A DNA stretch of 64,000 bases from Paragordius varius (taxonomy: Eukaryota; Animalia; Nematomorpha), in assembly GCA_964247055.1 (NCBI GenBank), contig OZ176059.1, positions 930,001 through 994,000 of the forward strand, given 5' to 3'. A model generated the notes under the pieces. That model was not told the DNA's origin. It made no database searches and was given only the letters and a program-made list of their open reading frames with translations. Below, in pieces: positions 1-11,745 of this stretch (its first letter is position 1; every line of letters starts with the position of its first letter). A program made the position numbers and the translations under genes.

Positions 1-509
1 ATAAAATGCAAAAACTAAACTACATACAGTTTGCGATGTATATATACTTTTTGTGAATACAATATTTACATGTTAAGCCAAGGTAAAATAACTTGTGCAG
101 GTTAAATACAAAATTGATACAATCGTTTAACTCATATATAAAAGGTCATCAAAATGGATTCAAATCTAATATATAAATTGGTCTTGTCTAAGGTTAACTA
201 ACTTGATGTATTCTAATCTATCAACCGTTAAAAAATATGGATCGCTTATTAATGCAGTGATTTTTTATCATAACCTGACATCTTCAGACCTGAAACCTAA
301 TCAAATTTCTATTTTATTAGTGAAAACCAAAGAATATAATTTTTATATCAAAATATCATATGTATTTAATGTTATGTGAAACAGATGTATTACAATTTTT
401 GACTATTATTTAACCAAGTGGTCATATTTACAGTCGCGAATGCAATTATAATTATGTTGGAATCTTAATGGTTATTTAAAATCGACAACCCTAACTTTTT
501 GTTACCAAG

Positions 510-751
510 GTTGCGCATGAAGAAGTAGACGAAGGCTTGAAAATTTTAGGCGAAGTTTGGCTTCTACCTTTAAAAAGTTACAACTATATAAAGATTTTTG
601 AATCTTCCCATCTTAATTGTCCGATAAGTATGCTTTTTGAGGATTGTTCTTAGAAATAATATGTTTAGCTATTCAGAGCATATCTATTTATGATTTTAAA
701 GCAATAATCCATAGCCTTAACATTCGCAATAAAACCAGACAAATTAGTTAA
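510..751 (+). CDS. Possible last two exons (510-627, 669-751) of an unidentified gene entering from the left edge
   Basis: The acceptor ctaactttttgttaccaag| has a branch-like CTAAC. The open exon VAHEEVDEGLKILGEVWLLPLKSYNYIKIFESSHLNCPI is followed by a GTATGC donor and a 41-nt intron, then a phase-1 join to TIQSISIYDFKAIIHSLNIRNKTRQIS*. No family recognised and upstream exons unresolved. Confidence 0.35.
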
Positions 752-1469
752 AGATATATTTCACTTTAAAACCTTTTTCATAAGTTTATCTTTTTTTCGT
801 TTAAGACTACTAGTTCCACCCATATACATTTTTTTCGGCTCGTCAATTTTTGTTTAAGGACCATCGTTATAGAATAATATATAAACTAGCGTGCTACGTA
901 GCCCGAGGGCAAATTTTTTGCCTTTATACGCGTATGATCTCAATAATTTTGGCGAAAAATAGCCTCAAAAACATATTGTTGAACGGGTTTAAGGGTATAA
1001 AGGCCTCAATCACATTAAATTTAAACAATTTTACAAATAAATATTATTCAAGAATCTTAGTGTAAAAAAACAGAGCTATTATTGGGTGAAACTTGCAAAA
1101 AAGCTTTATTTAAGATCGGGTATATAAATAATAAAAAAGACATGTATGATTTTGTCTTTATGGAGTAAAGAGGTTTGGCTTACATACATTAGGAAAATTC
1201 CTATATATATATATATATATATATTAATTCATAACCTGTGATGCAGTTGATCACTGTAATCAGTGTAATTTGTCCCTATGGAGTAGGTATATATGGCCTA
1301 CACATAATTGGATTGGAGCCTGCGAAGCCACTATTTAAAAAAGGGCTCAACAAAATTGTGATCCATATATGTGGATTATTTCGAAACATTATTTAATAGT
1401 TATGATCTCATTTCAAACGGTGCTTCTTAGAATTTTTAAAATGTGCATTCATATTAATATATTGTTTAC

Positions 1470-2850
1470 TGGGGTAAAGGCCCCAAAGTGACGTCTGGAA
1501 AAAACCGCTATGCTATAATTTTTACCTTTTTATGGGTATTATTCAAAGCGTTTATTGAACTCGTATGGTTTCTTAAGTTTTTTGAATTAGCTCCAAAACC
1601 ACGCTATTTTTGTATGGCTTCTCAGTTTTAAACCCGTATACCCCTACCCATAGGCCTATATGGAAAAAACGCTGAGTTTTCTTTGTGTTAATAAATATTT
1701 GGAATCATGTTTGATACCGTCGTCTAATGGGTTATAAAAATCTTAGCACTAAATAATCGTTATATGATGACGTATTTTTAGGGCATAAAGGCCCCAAATT
1801 AACGGCTAATAAAAAACGCCTGACCTTACTTTATACCTAGTTACGGGTAATATTTCAATTAATGAGCTCATATGACTTCATAAATAATCTGTAAATTAAC
1901 TCTAAAACAACGCAATTTCAATATAGTGGCGCAGTTTTTGGTGGGTGACCCCTTACCCAAGGGCAGGCATAAAAAAGCGTTGGGCAAAATTTTTGCCTTT
2001 ATATGGGGAATATATGAAATTTTCATGGATTCCATATGTTCTTAAAGTTCTTGGAAATATTCCTACAATACTAAAATATTTGCTATGGCTGCGCATTTTC
2101 AGGGCGTAAACTTTAATTAGCGGCTCCTTAAAATAAAAAATATTTGTTTTTTATGAGGTAATAAATATTTTAAGCCCTTATTGTACTCACATAGTCTCAT
2201 AGGTTTTCTGAAATTTAGCTCTCAAGGCATTCTGTATCCATATGGTGAGTCAGTTTAAGCGGGTAGCGCCCTAACCAGGGGCGAAAAAAAGCGCTATATT
2301 AACATTTTTGCCTTATTCCGGGTAATATCTGGAATCATGATTGATTCCATAAGCTCTCATTGGGATTTTCGAAAAATTGCCTCAAAACCAAAAAGTCATT
2401 CTATGGTGGCGCATTTATTATGGCAAGGGCTTAATTAAGGTGTAATTTAATAAAACCGCTCTACTTATTGCCGTTTTACGGGTAATATTGCAAAACATCA
2501 TTTAATTCATATGGCCTGATAAGCTCAAATTTGCCTCCAAAGTCACGGTGTATCGATATGGTCGGGCAGTTGTAGACGAGTGGCCCCTACCCAGAGGCCA
2601 ATATAAAAAAGACATTCGATAAAAATTTTCGCCTTTATAGGGAAACACCTGGAATCATCATTCATCTCATATGTTCTTAATAGTTTTTAAAAGAATTGCT
2701 TCAAAACTATATATTAGTTCAATGATAGCCCATTTTTAAGGCCGTAAAGGGCCTAATTAACATCTAATTTATAAAAAAGCACGCGACTTATATTTTTCCG
2801 TTTAACAGGGATCACCTGGAATCCTCAATGAATTTTTACGGTCTTACACC
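1470..2850. repeat. Diverged tandem array, ~157-bp monomer organised as a ~315-bp dimer
   Basis: CCCCTACCCA..GG....AAAAAA.GC-type motifs at ~1640, 1950, 2268 and 2583. GGGTAATAT..GGAATCAT..TTCATATG-type motifs recur at ~1530, 1842, 2152, 2474, 2802 and, offset by ~155 bp, at ~1683, 1998, 2313, 2635. Weaker similarity extends back to ~900. Confidence 0.6.
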
Positions 2851-5800
2851 TTGGGCGAATAGATTCAAAAGATTATTTTTGCGGACTTGGTATTTTTGAA
2901 AAAAATGTCAATTTACGAGGTAGAGCGATTAAAAAGAGGTTCTAAATTAAACAGCCGACTATGTTCGCAAAATATGTAATAAAAATCATATTTAAAATCG
3001 AATGCTCCAACACTTTTTACGGAAAATTAAAGGAACAATTTACTTCTCTTTTCAAAAAACCGTTTTTTACACGGGGTGGGCCGAACTGGGGGCCTAACTC
3101 AAAAAAAGGGCGAAGCTACCGTCGGGCATTCATTAATGATTATCTTTTTTGACATTTGGAGTTGAATGGGTCTACCGGTTTTCCGGAAACAGATCAAAAA
3201 AGCCATCATTTTCCATTTTTTAAATATATTATAGATGTGTTGTGTGCGCTTATAATGTGATTTGTCAAAATTTATCTAATTTTATCAGAATACATTAGTT
3301 TTTAGGAAAAAAATTGGTACGTAGCACACACGGAAAATAAATTTAAACGAATTAAACAGCAAGCTGGTTTGGAAAAGAATTTCTTGAGTTGCAAATTAAA
3401 AAATAACAAAAAAACATAAATTTATAAGATTGTGTTTAAATAAGCTTCGACTTATATCAAGTTTTAAAAATGAAAAAATTAGATTATAAACTAAAATCAA
3501 AAGTTCATAGTATTTTGGCACAATTTTTTGGGGGTATTAAAATTTGAAATATATCAATTTTGTTCAAAACGCCTGTTCGCACCATTTTTTTGTAAACCTG
3601 TTGGGTAGAAATACAAATAGAATTTATCCTTTTGAGTAAAATATATAGTGATGTTCTAAAATATATGAAAGCATACATCTTTTACCATTTCAGGTAAGGA
3701 CCAGGTTAATTTAATACTTATATAAAAATATAGCGTTTATGGACAACACTGATATAAAACTTTAGTACACACTCTTTTGCATATTTAAAACCCAATTTTT
3801 ACATTAAGGTTTACATTTTATTTGAAGCTTATAGACACAAAAGCACACATATTTATGCCCCAATTATTCAATTACTAATTTTACCCAATTAATTTAATTT
3901 TAAAGGAAAATTTTTATACTTATAATATGATTAAAAGAATATTTGACCCTAAATTTGGCTTACCATAATATATATATATATATATATATATAAACATCCT
4001 AACTAGAATCAAGACACACAAGTCCCTCAGATAAGCCCAAGCCATGGGTAAATAGAGGTTTTTAAAATTGTGCCCCAAAAATTTTTGAGCTTTCCGGAAA
4101 ACATGTCGGCTTATTTATATTTAATAACAAATATTGCTTATTTACGAATGCGCGGCCTACCTTTTGAATCAGCCTCGGTATTAAGACGCCTAACCGATTT
4201 AAGGACATTTGTGCAAACTAAGTTACCATTTTTGAACCACTCACGTTTTTAGACTATAACAAAAGAATTCAGTTCACTAATTTTTTTATTAGTCGTTGGG
4301 TAAAGCATCGCACTCTGTACGATGCACATAATATTTGGCTTTAAAGCGAATCATTCATGGAATATGATTCATTGTTGCAAAATTTAGCCAGCCCACTTTT
4401 AATATAAGCGGCTGGGTAGGGTAACGCTCTGTGATATTCGCCCTCACATATAATTAATATAGTTTTAAGGTTAATTCTCGTTTTGATATGAGACCGTTTC
4501 TTATCATGGTTTTAAGTATTTGTCGTATTAAATAATCAGCTCTTTTTCGAAAGCGCATGTTTAGGGCTCCGCCCTGTGTAAAATGTGGTACTATTTAAAA
4601 ATCATGGGAATTTTATCTAATCGTCCAGTTAGACATTATAGATTAAATAATAGTTCTTGATATTTCCAGTATAAAAGAAAAAACTTTATTCTATCGGTTT
4701 TTTGTTTCTGCTAGCCAGAGCTCCACCCTCTACAAGACGAGCCATACAAAAATATTGTGGTAAGGCTAAATCCAAGTTATAAGAAAATGTGATATATTGT
4801 TTTCCGTATAAACGCAAATGCAGCGCATTTTTAATATAAAATATAAGGTGACTTTAAAGCTAGCTTCATGAAAATTAATAAAATCATATTGATGTGTATA
4901 AAGGCAAAAATTTTAGTCCGACGCTTTTTTCTATTAACCTATGAGTAGAACTTCACCCTCTGTAAAAAAACCCCATCAATTAGCTTGCTAGCAACTTTAC
5001 AGAAAACCTAGGAGACCACATGGAATAAATATTGATTTTAACATTTCTCGTTCAAAGGCATAATTATTTTTTAAGCGATTTTATATTTCCAGGGTAGTAC
5101 GTCACACTATGATGAATACGCCTCCAAAGGTAAAAATCGTCCCTACGAACTATATATCTATTTTATGGCAGGCAAATACATTATCCAAATTGCCATTGTT
5201 TACTAAGTCATGGCGACGCGACAGAATACAGCTAATATTATTATAAATACATGATAAAATATAAGCGTTTTACTAATGAAAGTAATGGTGGAAATTAATC
5301 ATTTGATTGGCGCATTATATTTTATGGTTTATTTCCCTTATATAGCGTTTGACACACATATTTTTGCGGGGTATGAATATTTATAATTCACTTTAAAAAA
5401 TTTAATAACCCAAAACGTAGTGCACAAAAGAATTTATTAAACATTATGTATTTTATTAGTCCTAAATAACCACAATGGTATTTATTTAACATAGGTCATA
5501 AGATAATGAAGCGCCATCAATTGAATAAATATTGTTGACATTCAATATTTCATATATTATTATATTTAATAAAATATTATTATTTTACCAATAAAATGGT
5601 TATGATATGAAATCGTTTGCACTCTCATATATAAAATGGTCGGTATAGGCTTGGACGAAGTTTGATCGTTTTTGGAAAAATTTAAGTATATGCACAAAAA
5701 AAGCTATTTTTAATCGATGGATAATATACAAAGTGTACTTTATCAAGGGTCATTTTGATTTAATATTGATATGATGTTATATAATATGCAACAAAACATA

Positions 5801-6682
5801 ACTCTATTTTATATATTACTTTGCTATTCAATGCATACTTATAATACTTTTCTGTTATTGATATTTTACGTGAAAAGTTATATACTACGTGACAAGTTTT
5901 AGACTACGTGACTGTTTTATAAATGCACACTCATCATTCTCATTAATTTGTATATGTTAATGCACGATAAAAATGTATAATAAGATCCGTATACATTTCT
6001 CGGAATTAAATATAACCTATATAAACAACAACTTCTTTAAGTCCATTGCATTACTGTGTTTTCCTATTATTGTGTTATAATAAATTATACCCAACTGATA
6101 TTAATCAGGTAAAATCCCAAAAAAATATTTTGGCGGCTATAGTACTTTTAATTTGTTATTTTATAATTTAGTCCAATATGCCTCTAAAAATATAAATTAA
6201 AACTCGAACTTTTTAATGCGTAAATATTATATAAAATAATATTTATTTGGGTTTGCATGTTTTGGAGTTTCTAAACTCGGTTAACACAATTAAAACAACA
6301 TCAACAATATAAAAATTATGAACAAAAACGATTTTGAAGTTTTCATCAAATGTTATCGCAAAGACCTCAATCAATTTTTTTTATTTAAATTATTCATACT
6401 TGAATATGATAATAGATTTTACATGTCCTAGCAAAAAAGTTCATTTGTATTTTTGATGAAAAACGGTGTTCAGCCGCAAAAATCCGATATTTTATTTGGT
6501 AATTAATTTTTACTTTAAGATACGTATCTTATTTATTTTTGGAAATCTCCATAAAACTACAAAATTATTTTAGATATCTGTAAAAATACTTTATTAAAAT
6601 TATACATATATATTAATTGGATTATAAAAAAATATATTAGCTATTAAAAAAATATTATTTTTTTCCGTTTGATTACACACCA

Positions 6683-8203
6683 TTAAAACAAATGTTGCGA
6701 GATTAAAGGCCCATTTTCACGGGCAGTTAAAGTCCATTTCCTTAAACCGTAACATACAATACTAAGCATGATTACAATCGTCCCTACCCAACTTGTCCAA
6801 TGTGGCATGATGTGTTGAAACCATATCTGAAGCAATTGGGAATATATGATGGCAGTTGCATTTAAGGCTGCAACTATGCCAACCCTTTCATGTTGTAATC
6901 CAAGGTATAAAAAAATTTGACTTAGAGTTCCAAACACTGATGCCCCTATCACCAACCATCGATCCATATTGCTGTCATCGTTTGTGTTTGTTGGGCTCAA
7001 GCATGGTGGTAGGCTAAATAGGTGAAGACTAATCCCTATTATACCAAGTAACACGATACCTTGGACCGAAAAATAAAACATATTAACGGCTAGTGGTGTT
7101 TCACGGTTTCTTTTGACGAAAACCATGGAAAACGATATGGTAATGGCCGAAGTTAAAGCAAATACTACCCCTGTAATGGTTGAATCATGTTTTGATGATG
7201 TTGATGATAACGATGAAATTTGATTCTGTTTTTGTTGATTATGGAATACTGAACTATTTGCGATAATTGATGATGGTTGAGTAATGGATGTTTTCGCCAT
7301 TCCAACACCAAATATGGCTTGGGGTCGGGTTATAAATATTACACCAATGATAGTTGTAAGTATGATAGCTATATCAAACGGTTTAACATTCCGTTCCTCA
7401 CGTAAAAATATGGATCCTATAATGATTACAAATAGCGGGGATGTTCGACATATCGCGTTGGCATCTGATATGGGTATATAGTGATAGGAATATACCATAG
7501 CCGTAATACCTATGATTGTCATGATACTACGGAAACTTAATGAACCAAAATCTCCCCAACTATTGGGTAGGAGGGATTGTTTGAAATACAGTAATATCGG
7601 TATACAAGCTAGTAATTGAAATATAAATCGTATAACAGTTATCTCAAGCGGAGATATGGATTTTACATAAGATATGAATAAAGCTGCTATCGAAGTACAC
7701 ACACATTGAACCAAAGTAAATTGAATACCCAATGTTAATGTGATGTATGCCTTAATACCTTGATATAAATGAATGAATTTAGCGTTGAATTTCTTTTGAT
7801 TCGCTAATCCCTTGCTAACTAGCTGCTTTAATTTATGTTTAGCGACATTTTTTTGATATTGTGTTTTGTCAAAATTTTTAAGCGATTGAACATTCTTTGG
7901 GGTGATATTATGGAATATAGGCGAGAAATATGTTGGTTTAGAAGGCGTCCCTAACACATTTTCATCGATATTGTTATTGTTTTTATTAGTAACTAATAAT
8001 GTTATTGGTTTATCGATATGAATTTTTTGGTGCTCTCCTGTGCATTTTAAACTTGAGGTATCAGTTTTTGTATCAAATGATACATTAGTATGGAAAGGAT
8101 CAGGAAGATACTGTAAATTCTTGGAGTCCGATAAAAATCTTTGAACCAAGTTAAAATTATTTTTCATTATCTGTCTTTTATACCCGATGTTTCGCACACT
8201 CAA
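6683..8203 (-). CDS. EamA/DMT-superfamily transporter, SLC35G (TMEM20/TMEM22)-like, single coding exon, 506 aa
   Basis: Uninterrupted 506-codon ORF with ~10 hydrophobic helices in two EamA halves (e.g. SPLEITVIRFIFQLL, YSYHYIPISDANAICRTSPLFVIIIGSIFLRE, GLQHERVGIVAAL). It has a ~150-aa hydrophilic N-terminal extension and a Ser/Gln-rich loop between the halves. The true start Met is uncertain. Confidence 0.9.
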   Translation of the reverse strand: MSVRNIGYKRQIMKNNFNLVQRFLSDSKNLQYLPDPFHTNVSFDTKTDTSSLKCTGEHQKIHIDKPITLLVTNKNNNNIDENVLGTPSKPTYFSPIFHNITPKNVQSLKNFDKTQYQKNVAKHKLKQLVSKGLANQKKFNAKFIHLYQGIKAYITLTLGIQFTLVQCVCTSIAALFISYVKSISPLEITVIRFIFQLLACIPILLYFKQSLLPNSWGDFGSLSFRSIMTIIGITAMVYSYHYIPISDANAICRTSPLFVIIIGSIFLREERNVKPFDIAIILTTIIGVIFITRPQAIFGVGMAKTSITQPSSIIANSSVFHNQQKQNQISSLSSTSSKHDSTITGVVFALTSAITISFSMVFVKRNRETPLAVNMFYFSVQGIVLLGIIGISLHLFSLPPCLSPTNTNDDSNMDRWLVIGASVFGTLSQIFLYLGLQHERVGIVAALNATAIIYSQLLQIWFQHIMPHWTSWVGTIVIMLSIVCYGLRKWTLTARENGPLISQHLF

Positions 8204-8724
8204 TAATTACTAAATATTTATTAAAATATTAAAAAACGGCCATATCATGTGTTTAAAAAATATTTTTATAGTAGTCACATTGTATAAAGGATTTATACGT
8301 TATAGTTCCTTAATTGTTTATTTCATATTTACGACGCACGCCGATAAAGCGCAATTTGTTTAATATTTTTAATCATCATTGTGATCATAACTGTATTTAC
8401 TAAAATCTTTTGGGGTATATGTATTTTCTGGCGGTATGTAATTACATAAGATACTCTTAATTTTGGGTTTTTTCTGTAAATTAAGATATTCATCTCATAT
8501 CTATTTGTGCATTTAGAGTAAAATACCCATCTTTTATCTCTTATGGTGGCGAAAAAAACTTGTACAAATTTTTTTGATTTTATTATTAGCAATTGACGAT
8601 ATTTTGAAAATACTGTGGTGTGAATTTTACCTTGAAGCGTACCCATAGATATATTAAATTTTTATGTAAAATTAACTACTCCTTTCACGTACACACAAAT
8701 GGTCTGAAACAGAAAGGTTAAAAA

Positions 8725-9031
8725 CAGGAGTGTCCAACATAAATGCTATAGCGGGTCGCATTATTAACTTACAAAATCTGCCAGCCCGCTTTTGAAATAG
8801 ATATGGGCATTCATAAATAATTTATTTGGTTTTAAACGTAAGACTAAAAAAATTAAACACAATCGAACAATTTTAACGTTTTTGGCAATTAATTAGGCTT
8901 ATTCAGAAAAAGAATAATTTAAGAAATATCAATTTTACTAGGCCCTTTTAAGCGTATTTTTGCAAATTACAGATCTAAATTTTTTACGGGTTGCAATATA
9001 TCCTCGGACGGCCGCGTGTTTAACACCCTTG
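8725..9031. mobile_element. hAT (Buster/Charlie-type) MITE
   Basis: Ends CAGGAGTGTCCAAC...GTTTAACACCCTTG, GC-rich subterminal GCGGGTCGC/GGCCGCG motifs, and a degenerate 8-bp TSD (GTTAAAAA/GTTTAGAA). Confidence 0.6.
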
Positions 9032-9394
9032 GTTTAGAATATTTCTTTTGAAATCGTTCGAGGTCAACACTTTAAGCGGAATTGGCATAACATCTTTACA
9101 GATATAAATATCGAAGCTATACGCTACAAGCCAAACAATAAAAATAAGAAATGCAAGTAAAGTAACATTTACAACCATTTAATGACTTATTAAAGTAACA
9201 CTTAGTTCAAATATATGAATTAGACAACATGAGCTTTGGGATGATACAAAAAGACTTGATTTAATCCTTTCGCTTAATGAGCCCGACTCAAATGTGTTAT
9301 AGCTTAAAAATTAAGATGAGAAAATGTTGAGCATCACGGTTATTGTGACAAGAGAAAAATTTGAACCATATAACTTAAAAAAATATGGTATAAC

Positions 9395-11745
9395 TAAGGT
9401 GACCAGACGTCCCGCTTTTGGCGGGACAGTCCCGCTTTTTCACACTTTGTCCCGCGTCCCGCTACGTTTTTTAAATGTCCCGCTTTTTCAAGATTATATA
9501 AAAAATATTTTTTTAACACATTTAGATTTTTTATTAATAATTTATTTTTTTTATTCGTTTAAATTTTTTATCATTAGTTATCTTTAAAATCTATATCAAT
9601 TTTAAATTACATTTTTTTATTATTTTTTTCAAATTTATATCATGTGATTATACACTTTGCTTCCTACTCTTACTACCAACATTATCAAAAAGACTAATTA
9701 ATACCACAAATCGGTAGCTTATATAACTTCAGAAAATTAAGGTAATGAAATGTATTTTTATACTAATATTTTAGTTATATTACCTGCCAATCTTATCAAA
9801 AAGACAGATTAATACCAAAAATCGGTAGCTCATACGTTTACTCCAGAAAATTAAGGTAATATTTTTTTAAACTAATATTAGTAAAAAAATATGAGTACAA
9901 AAAAAGATTATAAATTCAACAATGAATTAATCAAAGAATCTTTTATCAAAAAGGGGAATTCACCCTAGCACATGGCGGCACATGATATTACAAAGCATAT
10001 GAAAACATAGAAACATAAAAAATGTTTAGATGTGGCATCATTATCTCACAAAAAGAGCGATTTTTATCGAAAACCAGAAAAGAATTTGGCACTGGCCGAA
10101 GGCGTTTTATCTTTTCACGCGGTTAATCACAATCATTCCTTTAGATCTATGGATTGTACCTCACAGATCCGTACCTTATTCAATAAAAAATTTACATATG
10201 CCCGTACAAAAGCTGAAGTCATTGTATGCAATGTCCTTTCGCCACATGCCTTTTCTGAAATACGAAAAGATTTGCTGAAAATTAATTTCATATCGCTATA
10301 CTCTGCTGCATCAAATCACATGGAAACAAAATTATTTCCCTCTTTAATAAGATATTTTTATCTAGAAACCGGAGTAAAAAATAATAGTTCTATTTCTCTC
10401 GGTGAAAATTCTGACATAATTTTTACTTCAATAATGACTATTCTAAAAAAATATAATTTAAAAACAAAATCATCGCATATTGCGCTAACAACATCAATAC
10501 GAACTTCGGTGGAAAAGCAAGGAGGGGAACTAAAAATATTTTTCATAAATTAGCAGATAATCTTAATCAAAACATTATTGGCGTTGGGTGTGCAGCGCAT
10601 TTACACAACGCTATTCAAACACCTGCTGATTTGATATCCCTAGATATGGAAAATGTAGTTGTTAAAATACATTCCTTTTTTATATACACGGTACACGTTG
10701 AAACGCATAAGGGAATTCTGTCAAAATGCAGAAGTTTATTATCAAAATATGCTTGGATATTGTAAAACTCGTTAGTTAGCTATTCTGCCAGCTATTGAAA
10801 GAATTTTAAAAATGTATGATCCTTTAAAATCCTATTTTTTATCACAGGACAAATGTCCTACAACTTTCGAAAAGTTTTTTGAAAGCGATTTTTCAAAAAT
10901 ATGGTTAGAATCCTTACATAATCAAGCTTGTCTCTTTCAAAATGTTATTGATAGAAGGTGACAAAATTTTGGCAATCAAAGTAGCCATTGAAGTTGGTAA
11001 CCTATAATTCCAATGTCAAGAAAGGTTAGAAAATAATTTTATACCATTAACCACCGCAATATTATAATTAATTTAGAAAAACAAAGCTTAATAAATCGCC
11101 AAGATATCCTGCACCTTATAAAAATGTTTTATACAAACTGTAAAGATTATTAGGAAGACTGGACGGTGCAATCCAATGATCATTGGATATCATTAAAACC
11201 AGAATTTAATTGGTGCGATGTTCAACGATCATTTGATTACATCTGCATCTCCCAAAGATTCCCAAAAAGTAATCTTTCAGAAAAGGATCCTTTTTCTGAA
11301 GAGTTAAAAAATATATTAATAATGACAAACTTAAATTATGGACTACAAAAAATACAGTAGAAAAGAAATTGTTAGAAATATTTCATCATTTGGAAACAAA
11401 CTATGTTCCATACAATATTTTAAAAATTGTAGAATTGGCACTATCTTTACCTACCAACGCTGCTACTGAGCGCGTTTTTTCCACACTAAATCAGGTGTGG
11501 ACATCGGAAAAATCAAATTTGACAAATACTTGTTTAAAAAAGGATGAAAATCTGCTAAAACGCATTCCCTCAAATAAAAAATTATACCAAAAAATAAAAT
11601 ATTTATATATATTTATAATGTATTTGTGTTAAAATTAAATAAATATTACAATAAATTTTTTTGTATAAAAATTTTTGGTTGGACCCCCATGCCCCCCTTT
11701 CTCAGATTTGTCCCGCTTTTTTCTTCAAAAAATCTGGTCACTTTA
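9395..11745 (+). mobile_element. hAT-Blackjack-type DNA transposon, 2351 bp, with a decayed transposase
   Basis: TIRs TAAGGTGACCAGA / TCTGGTCACTTTA, repeated subterminal GTCCCG motifs, and a perfect 8-bp TSD GGTATAAC at 9387-9394 and 11746-11753. Confidence 0.92.
9891..11632 (+). pseudogene. Frameshifted/stop-disrupted hAT transposase
   Basis: Fragments at 10032-10553, 11166-11360 and 11369-11632 lie in different frames. The last carries the hAT C-terminal dimerisation motif LSLPTNAATERVFSTLNQVWTSEKSNL. Confidence 0.85.

Noticed and set aside
4200-5250. Degenerate repeat with relatives near 32850-33700 and possibly 39650-40020
   Set aside because: Shared motifs are visible (TTAACCT.TGAGTAGAA.T.CA.CCT.TGTA.AA), but I could not define boundaries or class by eye.
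7284-7481. Antisense ORFs (also 10358-10546, 37193-37381, 44157-44387, 63345-63645)
   Set aside because: Shadow frames opposite real or decayed coding sequence, with no independent motifs.
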